From NCBI GenBank assembly GCA_963675245.1, contig OY775910.1, positions 1,152,001 to 1,216,000 on the forward strand: DNA of 64,000 bases. The letters run 5' to 3'. Position numbers and translations under genes: made by a program. Shown here piece by piece: positions 1 through 7,418 of the stretch. How positions within the stretch are numbered: the stretch's first letter is position 1; each line of letters begins with the position of its first letter. Under the pieces are notes generated by a model. That model had not been told where the DNA came from, made no database searches, and saw only the letters and a list, made by a program, of their open reading frames with translations. Source of the stretch: Acholeplasmataceae bacterium (GTDB taxonomy: Bacteria > Bacillota_I > Bacilli_A > Acholeplasmatales > Acholeplasmataceae).

Positions 1-789
1 CCTGTATTTCATTTAGAGGCTGGGAATAGATCGTTTGATGAAAATTTACCTGAGGAAATAAACAGAAGGATAATTGATCATGTCAGTGATGTGAATTTAT
101 GTTATTCAGAGCATGCTAGGAGATATTTGAATTTCGAAGGAACTCCCAAAGAAAGAACTTTTGTTGTTGGGTCTACCATGGCTGAAGTGTTAGATGCGAA
201 TATAGATAAGATAAATAATAGTTCTATTCTCACTAAGTTAGGATTAGAAAAAAAGAAATACATTTTGTTGTCTGCTCACAGAGAAGAGAATATTGACATA
301 GAAAGTAATTTTTTTGTTTTGATGAACGCAATAAATGCTATTGCCGAGAAGTATGATTATCCAGTAATTTATAGTGTTCATCCAAGAAGTAAAAAATATA
401 TAGAGAAAAGAAATTTTGAATTCCATAAAAATGTAAAAAGTTTAGCACCATTTGGATTTCATGATTATAATAAACTTCAACAAAATGCATTTTGTGTTGT
501 TTCTGATAGTGGAACTGTTTCTGAGGAGGCTAATTACTTTAAATATCCTGCTGTATCTATTAGAACAAGCACTGAAAGACCTGAGGGTATTGATAAAGGA
601 ACTTTTATAATAGGAAATATTACATCTCAAGAAGTATTGCAGGCTATAGAACTTGCGATTGAAATGGATTCAAATAATGATTTGAGTGTTGACATACCAG
701 ATTATATAGACAGAAATGTAAGTACAAAAGTAATAAAGATAATACAAAGTTATGTTGGGTTAGTGAATAAAACGGTTTGGAAAAAATAA
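1..789 (+). CDS. wecB: UDP-N-acetyl-sugar 2-epimerase (non-hydrolysing; WecB family, probably Cap5G/WbjD/FnlC-like), 5'-truncated by window edge
   Basis: Frame 1 is open from base 1 (PVFHLEAGNRSFDENLPEEINRRIIDHVSD). Motifs HREEN, SDSGTVSEE, RTSTERPEG. The C-terminus VNKTVWKK resembles the L-FucNAc-pathway epimerases. The ORF-track start at 91 is internal. Confidence 0.88.
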   Translation, partial: PVFHLEAGNRSFDENLPEEINRRIIDHVSDVNLCYSEHARRYLNFEGTPKERTFVVGSTMAEVLDANIDKINNSSILTKLGLEKKKYILLSAHREENIDIESNFFVLMNAINAIAEKYDYPVIYSVHPRSKKYIEKRNFEFHKNVKSLAPFGFHDYNKLQQNAFCVVSDSGTVSEEANYFKYPAVSIRTSTERPEGIDKGTFIIGNITSQEVLQAIELAIEMDSNNDLSVDIPDYIDRNVSTKVIKIIQSYVGLVNKTVWKK

Positions 790-893
790 AAATAGTGTAA
801 TCAATAAATTTATTTTGAAAAAATACCTAACAAAATTATTTAATTTAAAAATATGTATGTAATATAAGATGAATATATCACAAAGGAGAAGTT

Positions 894-2201
894 ATGAGTA
901 AAACTAAGAAAAATATCTATGTTGCTATGAGTGCAGATATAATACATGATGGTCACATAAAAATAATTAATGAAGCACACAAATATGGTGAGGTTATTAT
1001 TGGTTTATTAGATGATGAGGTTATTTCTTCATATAAAAGATACCCGTTATTAGGCTTAGAGCAACGTAAAGTGATTTTCTCATCAATTAATGGTGTTAGT
1101 CAAATAGTTGTACAAAAATCATTGGATTATTCAGATATATTACGAGAGTTAAGACCGAATTATGTAATTCACGGTGATGATTGGAAAGAAGGTACTCAAA
1201 AACCGATTAGAGAAAAAGTGTTGGAAGTTTTAGATGAAATAGGTGGAGAACTTATTGAAGTCCCTTACACTAGAGGAGTTTCGATCACTGCTTTAGAAGA
1301 AGCATTAACTGCACTAGGTACAACACCTGATGTAAGAAGAGCTAAGTTAAGGAGATTAATTAATTCAAAGGAATACGTTACAGTGCTTGAGGCACATAAT
1401 GGTTTAACAGGCTTAATTGTCGAAAAAACACAAGTTGAAGTAAACGGCAAACCTAAGTCTTTTGATGCGATGTGGATTAGTAGTCTTTGTGATTCAACAG
1501 CAAAAGGTAAACCAGATATTGAATTAGTAGACTTAACATCAAGATTGAACACAATAAATGAAGTTATTGAAGTAACTACTAAACCAATCATTTTAGATGG
1601 AGATACGGGTGGTAAAGTCGAGCACTTTGTGTACACAGTTAGAACGTTGGAAAGACTAGGTGTATCAGCCGTTATTATCGAAGATAAGGTGGGATTAAAA
1701 AAGAATTCATTATTTGGAACAGATGTTGAACAAACGCAAGATACCATTGAAAATTTTCAACATAAAATAAGAGAAGGCAAAAAAGCGCAAGTAACTAGTG
1801 AATTTATGATTATTGCTAGAGTTGAGAGTTTGATTTTAAAACAAGGTTTAAAAAATGCTTTGAAACGGGCTCATGCATACGTTGAAGCTGGTGCTGATGG
1901 TATTATGATTCATTCTAAAGAGAAAGACCCAAAAGAAATTCTTGATTTTATTGATTCATTTAGAAAAGATAATAAAAATACACCAATCGTAGTTGTTCCA
2001 TCATCATACAATACCATTACTGAACAAGAATTAAGCAAGCATGGCGCTAATATCGTTATTTATGCTAACCATTTAATTAGATCTGCATTCCCAGCGATGA
2101 AAAAAACTGCCGAAACCATTTTACAAGCCGGAAGGGCAAAGGAAGTAGATGAAATGTGTTTGCCAATTAAGCAAATTATCACATTGATTCCAGAAAGGTA
2201 G
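894..2201 (+). CDS. aepX: Phosphoenolpyruvate mutase with N-terminal cytidylyltransferase domain
   Basis: N-terminal HxGH motif (ADIIHDGHI) and HGDDW. PepM signature EDK-x5-NS (EDKVGLKKNS), EAHNGLTG, DGDTGG. SD AAGGAG upstream. Confidence 0.95.
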   Translation: MSKTKKNIYVAMSADIIHDGHIKIINEAHKYGEVIIGLLDDEVISSYKRYPLLGLEQRKVIFSSINGVSQIVVQKSLDYSDILRELRPNYVIHGDDWKEGTQKPIREKVLEVLDEIGGELIEVPYTRGVSITALEEALTALGTTPDVRRAKLRRLINSKEYVTVLEAHNGLTGLIVEKTQVEVNGKPKSFDAMWISSLCDSTAKGKPDIELVDLTSRLNTINEVIEVTTKPIILDGDTGGKVEHFVYTVRTLERLGVSAVIIEDKVGLKKNSLFGTDVEQTQDTIENFQHKIREGKKAQVTSEFMIIARVESLILKQGLKNALKRAHAYVEAGADGIMIHSKEKDPKEILDFIDSFRKDNKNTPIVVVPSSYNTITEQELSKHGANIVIYANHLIRSAFPAMKKTAETILQAGRAKEVDEMCLPIKQIITLIPER

Positions 2202-2207
2202 TACAAG

Positions 2208-3323
2208 ATGATAGATACCATTAAATTTTATGAATTTTTAAAATCTCAAGACGTAAACTTTTTCACTGGTGTACCAGATTCACTACTCAAACAAATTTGT
2301 TCATGCATTTCTGATAAAGAAAGCGATAATCACATTATCGCAGCTAATGAAGGAAATGCGGTTGGTTTAGCGACAGGTTATCATCTTGCGACTGGAAAAG
2401 TACCATTAGTATATTTACAAAACTCGGGTCTAGGTAACACTGTTAATCCTTTAATTTCACTTGCATCAGATACTGTATATTCTATTCCGATGTTGCTTAT
2501 GATTGGGTGGAGAGGTGAACCAGGAGTTAAAGATGAACCTCAGCATATTAATCAGGGTGCTGTGACAGAAGAATTATTAAAAACAATGGATGTCAATTAT
2601 GAAGTTTTATCTTTTGATTTAGAAGAAGCTATTGATCAAACTAAAAAACTTTTGGAATTGGCTACTATAAATAATAAACCAACAGCCATTCTAATCCGTA
2701 AAGACACTTTTAGTAATTATTCATTTAAAAATAATACTCAATATGAGAGCACAATAACAAGGGAAACGGTTTTAGAAGTAATTTTAAAAAACTCAAGTGA
2801 AAAAGCGTATATTTTTTCTACAACTGGTAAAACTTCTCGCGAAGTCTTTGAATTAAGAGAAAAACTTAAGCAATCACATAATAGAGATTTTCTTACTGTT
2901 GGTTCTATGGGACACACATCGAGTATTGCATTAGCATTTTCTAAATATAATTCAAGTAATGTAATATGTATTGATGGAGATGGTGCTTTACTCATGCACA
3001 TGGGATCACTTCCAATCAATTCTCAATATTCCAATACTAATTTTAAATATATTTTGATTAATAATTATGCACATGAGTCTGTTGGTGGTCAAAAAACAAT
3101 TGCCAATAAGATTGATTTTCTTAAATTATTTGACTCTGTTGGGTTTAAATATGTCAAAAGTGTATCTTCTTTAGAAGAACTTACAGATGTTCTGCAATCA
3201 AAAGAATTTAAAGATAATAATTTTGCTCTAGAAGTATTGGTTAAGTTGGGTTCTAGAAGTGACTTAGGCAGACCAACAATAAGTCCTCAGCAAGGTAAGA
3301 AAAATTTAATGGGGACTGTTTAG
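2208..3323 (+). CDS. aepY: Phosphonopyruvate decarboxylase (ThDP-dependent)
   Basis: FFTGVPDSLLK, AANEGNAVG, YLQNSGLGN, GWRGEPGVKDEPQH, GSMGH and the ThDP motif DGDGALLMHMG...NN. Directly follows pepM. Confidence 0.95.
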   Translation: MIDTIKFYEFLKSQDVNFFTGVPDSLLKQICSCISDKESDNHIIAANEGNAVGLATGYHLATGKVPLVYLQNSGLGNTVNPLISLASDTVYSIPMLLMIGWRGEPGVKDEPQHINQGAVTEELLKTMDVNYEVLSFDLEEAIDQTKKLLELATINNKPTAILIRKDTFSNYSFKNNTQYESTITRETVLEVILKNSSEKAYIFSTTGKTSREVFELREKLKQSHNRDFLTVGSMGHTSSIALAFSKYNSSNVICIDGDGALLMHMGSLPINSQYSNTNFKYILINNYAHESVGGQKTIANKIDFLKLFDSVGFKYVKSVSSLEELTDVLQSKEFKDNNFALEVLVKLGSRSDLGRPTISPQQGKKNLMGTV

Positions 3324-3324
3324 T

Positions 3325-5061
3325 ATGGATGCTTTAATCTTTAATTCTGGATTTGGTTCAAGGATTGCAGATTTAATTAAAGACTCACACAAGTCATTAA
3401 TTAATATACATGGTGAATCAGTATTATCAAGACAATTACGAATTCTAGCATCGTTTGATATTGATAAAGTGATCATTACAACGGGACCAAATACAGATAA
3501 ACTTCATTTAGAGACAGCATTAAAAAACTATCCTTTTGAGATAGTTTTTGTGCATAACTCAGTCTTTAATACAACTAATTATATCTATTCAATGCACTTA
3601 GCTAATCAGCATTTAAAAAATGACACTTTAATTCTACATGGAGACTTAGTTTTTAATGAAGGTGTAATTGAAAAGCTGATAGGTCATACTGGCGATTGTG
3701 TATTACTTGATGAAGATGTTGAATCATACCTTAAGGATTTTAAAGCAATTACAGATAATGGCTTAGTGAAGGAGATATCTACTAAATTTGAAAACTATGA
3801 TTTTGGACTTCAACCTGTCTATAAACTTTCAAAAAATTCTGTTATAAAATGGAAAAACAAAGTTAGTGAATATGTAGAAAAAGATGATATAAAAGTTTAT
3901 GCTGAAAATGCTTTAAATGAATTATTAATCAATCAAATCAAATTAAAAGGTGTTAAAATTGATACTGACTTTTGCAAGGAAATTGATACACCGGAAGACT
4001 ACCATAATATATTAAATGAAATTAATGATTATGATTATAAACAGGAAATATTGATTGGTGCATTCGAAGAACATATAAAACGAAATGTCAGCCAATCTGA
4101 TAGGGTTATTTTAGTGACATTCAGTATTATTTCTAGACAAGTCTTTGATAAACTCTCATTCATCACAAATAAAGAAGTTATTATTTATGATGATGCGAAT
4201 CCAGAAAAAGAAGACATTGTCAAATTTATAAAATTAATTGATGATTTTAATCCTGATTATGTCATTTCTGTCGGTGGTGGTAGTGTCATCGATTTTTCAA
4301 AATGTCTAATAGATTTCAGTAAAACTCTTGCAAAACACATTGCAATACCAACTACATGCGGAACAGGAAGTGAATCAACAAGATTTGCTGTTTATTATGA
4401 AAATGGTATCAAACAATCATTAAATAAAAATAAAGTTTTGCCAGATGTTGCTGTCTTAGATTCATCATTGTTACAAAGTCTTCCACGAAGTGTTTTAATA
4501 AGTAGTGTTTTAGATGCTTTCGCTCAATCCATAGAGTCATATTGGGCTAAAAAATCAACTGAGACTTCTAAGAAATATAGTTTGGAAGCATTTAAGATTA
4601 TATATCCAATTTTAAAAAAAGGGTTATCTAATGATAAAGAGACATTAGAAAAATTAGAGTATGCTTCTAATTTAGCGGGCAGAGCAATTAATATCACGAC
4701 AACGACATCTGCACATGCTTTATCATATAATATTACTAAATTATTTGGAATCCCACATGGATACGCTGTTTGTATGACATTGCCATTTATTTGGGAAGTT
4801 CATCAATCAAAAATTGAAATTTTTGATAAAATGATGGAAGAAATAGTAGATGCTTCAGAGGTACAAAATAATAGTGATTTAATTATCGAAATCTTCAACA
4901 TTCTAAATACTTATAAGGTTTGGAGAGGTGTTGAATACAATGATCAAGATTTAGACTTTCTTGTGAATAATGTTAATTTAGAGCGTCTTGGTAATAATCC
5001 ATACAAATTTAATAACTTTGAGATAAAAGAGATTTATAAAAAAGCTTTGAATATAAAATAA
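3325..5061 (+). CDS. Fusion: LicC/PntC-like NTP transferase plus iron-containing alcohol dehydrogenase (phosphonoacetaldehyde reductase-like)
   Basis: N-half has NSGFGSR, TNYIYS, HGDLVF, EIDTPED. C-half has GGGSVID, IPTTCGTGSE, DAFAQSIES, AGRAINITTTTSAHALSY, IPHG. Confidence 0.85.
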   Translation: MDALIFNSGFGSRIADLIKDSHKSLINIHGESVLSRQLRILASFDIDKVIITTGPNTDKLHLETALKNYPFEIVFVHNSVFNTTNYIYSMHLANQHLKNDTLILHGDLVFNEGVIEKLIGHTGDCVLLDEDVESYLKDFKAITDNGLVKEISTKFENYDFGLQPVYKLSKNSVIKWKNKVSEYVEKDDIKVYAENALNELLINQIKLKGVKIDTDFCKEIDTPEDYHNILNEINDYDYKQEILIGAFEEHIKRNVSQSDRVILVTFSIISRQVFDKLSFITNKEVIIYDDANPEKEDIVKFIKLIDDFNPDYVISVGGGSVIDFSKCLIDFSKTLAKHIAIPTTCGTGSESTRFAVYYENGIKQSLNKNKVLPDVAVLDSSLLQSLPRSVLISSVLDAFAQSIESYWAKKSTETSKKYSLEAFKIIYPILKKGLSNDKETLEKLEYASNLAGRAINITTTTSAHALSYNITKLFGIPHGYAVCMTLPFIWEVHQSKIEIFDKMMEEIVDASEVQNNSDLIIEIFNILNTYKVWRGVEYNDQDLDFLVNNVNLERLGNNPYKFNNFEIKEIYKKALNIK

Positions 5062-5140
5062 AAAACTTACGGTAACAAGCCTCTTCATATTTGTGATAAA
5101 ATATTAATACAATCAACCCAATTATTAGGAGGAGTTTCCT

Positions 5141-6013
5141 ATGTCAAACTATGTATTAGCTACTGATTCATGCTGTGACCTACCTTATGAATTAGTCAAA
5201 GAACTTAATCTTGAAGTCATTCCACTATCTGTAGAGATAAAAGGAAAAGTTTATCATAACTATCCAGATGAAAGATATATTAAAACAAAAGATTTTTATG
5301 AAATGATGAGAGAAAAAGAAGTTGCTACAACCTCACTCATTAATGTTGGTGAGTTCTTAGTTTTCTTTGAGCCATTCTTAAAAAAAGGAAAAGATATTTT
5401 ATATGTTGGTTTCTCATCAGCGCTATCTGGTACCGTTCAAAGTGCGCGTATCGCTGCTGAAGAGTTAAAGCTAACCTATCCTGATCGAAAGATTATGGTT
5501 GTAGATTCTCTATCTGCTTCGATGGGACAAGGTCTTCTTGTGTGGTATGTCGCGAAACGTGTGAAAGCCGGTAAACCGATTGAAGAAGTAGAAGCGTGGG
5601 TTGAAAACAACCGTCTAGAACTATGCCATCTATTTACAGTTGATGACCTAGGGACATTAAGACGTGGTGGACGTCTATCTGGTACAGCTGCTTTGTTAGG
5701 TTCTCTACTCAAGGTAAAACCAGTACTACACGTATCAGATGAAGGTAAACTCATTCCTGTTAAAAAGGCACGTGGTCGTAAGACCTCACTTCAAGTGATC
5801 GTTGATCTCATGAAGGAAAAGATAAAAGATCCTGAATCTCAAACCGTCTTTATATCTCACGGTGATGATTTAGAAGATGCGAATTATATTAAAGGCTTAA
5901 TTAGTGAGCAACTTGGCGTGAAAGAATTCGTAATTGGCCAAATTGGACCAGTCATTGGTGCACATTCAGGACCAGGAACAATCGCCGTATTCTTCTTAGG
6001 AAATCCAAGATAA
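5141..6013 (+). CDS. DegV family fatty-acid-binding protein
   Basis: TDSCCDLP, SSALSGT, VDSLSASMGQG, GGRLS, KVKPVL, IGPVIGAHSGPG. SD AGGAGG. Confidence 0.93.
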   Translation: MSNYVLATDSCCDLPYELVKELNLEVIPLSVEIKGKVYHNYPDERYIKTKDFYEMMREKEVATTSLINVGEFLVFFEPFLKKGKDILYVGFSSALSGTVQSARIAAEELKLTYPDRKIMVVDSLSASMGQGLLVWYVAKRVKAGKPIEEVEAWVENNRLELCHLFTVDDLGTLRRGGRLSGTAALLGSLLKVKPVLHVSDEGKLIPVKKARGRKTSLQVIVDLMKEKIKDPESQTVFISHGDDLEDANYIKGLISEQLGVKEFVIGQIGPVIGAHSGPGTIAVFFLGNPR

Positions 6014-6020
6014 CAAGTTA

Positions 6021-6067
6021 GAGCCACACACCTAGCAGGCCCCCCTAGCTATTTGTGTGGTTTTTTT
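6021..6067 (+). terminator. Rho-independent terminator after degV (three-segment stem, C-rich loop)
   Basis: CCACACA/TGTGTGG outer stem, TAGC/GCTA and AGG/CCT inner stems, then T7. Confidence 0.7.
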
Positions 6068-6141
6068 ATTTATTGATGCCAATTATTCTTGTTGGTGGTA
6101 AAATAATAATAGACAAACAATACACAATTGGGATGGAAAAT

Positions 6142-7248
6142 ATGAATAAAATATATGTTTCATTTGAGGAAATGAGAACGTTTATGGAAGACGCTTTTGT
6201 GCGTGTTGGCGTACCTTTTGATGATGCCAAAACATGTGCGAATGTGTTACTTGAAAGTGATTTAAGAGGCATTGATTCACATGGTGTGAATCGCTTTAAA
6301 GTCTTTTATATTGATCGGATTTTAAATGGTATTCAAGAAGCGGTCACTCATCTTGAGGTTGTTAAGGAAACCGCGACAACCGCCGTGATTGATGGTCATA
6401 ATGGGATGGGTATGGTAATTGCTACAAAGGCGATGACCATGGCGATAGAAAAAGCGAAAGTGTATGGTTTAGGCATGGTTGTTGTCAGACACTCCACCCA
6501 TTACGGCTTTGCAGGTTATTATCCTTTAATGGCTGTTAAAGAAGGTTTAATTGGGATGACGGGTACAAATGCCCGTCCAGCCATCGCACCGACATTTGGC
6601 GTCTCTAACATGCTTGGAACGAACCCCTTAACCTTCGCGATGCCAACGGATGAAGCATTCCCGTTTTTCTTTGATGCTGCAACCTCCATTGTGCAACGAG
6701 GTAAGATCGAATATTATATGAAAAACGGTTTAGATACACCAGAAGGCTTAGTGGTTGATAAAGCAGGTCAAACACTTACAGATAGCAAGAAAATTCTAGA
6801 ACGCTTAGTTAAAAATCAAGCAGCGCTTGCGCCACTTGGTGGGATTGGTGAAGCACATGGTGGCCATAAAGGTTATGGGTTCGCGACTGTTGTGGAAATT
6901 CTAAGTAGTGCTTTACAATCTGGTGCGTTTCTTCACATGTTATCCGGTGTGTCAGAAGATGGTGGTTCAAAACCAATTCCAGTCGGTCATTTCTTTTTAG
7001 CAATCAACCCTGACTTCTTTATGGGTTTAGAGGCGTTTAAGAAGACAGCGGGTGATATCCTAAGAAGTTTAAGATCATCTGAAGTAGCACCAGGTGAAGC
7101 GAAGATTTATACAGCTGGTGAAAAAGAGTATCTTCATTCATTAGAAAGAAAAGAAACGGGTATTCCATTAAACGATGTTTTAACAAAAGAATTAATAGAC
7201 GTTCGAGATCAACTCAAGATAAACCATATCTTTTCATTTGAAACATAA
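6142..7248 (+). CDS. Ldh_2 family (malate/L-lactate/L-sulfolactate dehydrogenase-like) oxidoreductase
   Basis: DLRGIDSHG, HSTHYG, LGTNP, GGHKGYG, GHFFLAINP. The ORF-track start at 6055 lies inside the degV terminator; ATG 6142 (or 6133) is more likely. Confidence 0.88.
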   Translation: MNKIYVSFEEMRTFMEDAFVRVGVPFDDAKTCANVLLESDLRGIDSHGVNRFKVFYIDRILNGIQEAVTHLEVVKETATTAVIDGHNGMGMVIATKAMTMAIEKAKVYGLGMVVVRHSTHYGFAGYYPLMAVKEGLIGMTGTNARPAIAPTFGVSNMLGTNPLTFAMPTDEAFPFFFDAATSIVQRGKIEYYMKNGLDTPEGLVVDKAGQTLTDSKKILERLVKNQAALAPLGGIGEAHGGHKGYGFATVVEILSSALQSGAFLHMLSGVSEDGGSKPIPVGHFFLAINPDFFMGLEAFKKTAGDILRSLRSSEVAPGEAKIYTAGEKEYLHSLERKETGIPLNDVLTKELIDVRDQLKINHIFSFET

Positions 7249-7272
7249 GATAGGCTTTTGCTTATCTTTTTT
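7247..7272 (+). terminator. Rho-independent terminator
   Basis: AAGATAGGC-TTTT-GCTTATCTT followed by a T run. Confidence 0.7.
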
Positions 7273-7279
7273 ATTTCAT

Positions 7280-7308
7280 TTGCAAAAAAAATAAATAAGC
7301 GATATATT
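7280..7308 (+). promoter_or_regulatory. sigmaA-type promoter of first EAL gene
   Basis: TTGCAA (7280-7285), 17-nt spacer, TATATT (7303-7308). Confidence 0.6.
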
Positions 7309-7314
7309 AGTAGT

Positions 7315-7382
7315 GTTAGGGACGATACCACTCGTCTATTTTCATCATATCTTAGTGAAAGCATATGCATTATGCTTTTTTT
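7315..7382 (+). promoter_or_regulatory. Candidate attenuator/leader RNA: small hairpin plus intrinsic terminator upstream of the EAL gene
   Basis: GACGA-TACCAC-TCGTC hairpin (7321-7336). AAAGCATA-TGCAT-TATGCTTT plus T run (7358-7382) lies between the promoter and the start codon. Confidence 0.5.
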
Positions 7383-7418
7383 GTTCGTCTAATAATGATA
7401 AATTGATGGTGAAGAGTG

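Noticed and set aside
7310..7415. Known c-di-GMP-I/II riboswitch before the EAL genes
   Set aside because: Consensus features (GCAAA, GNRA tetraloop and receptor, kink-turn) were not found by eye. Kept only as an unassigned attenuator candidate.
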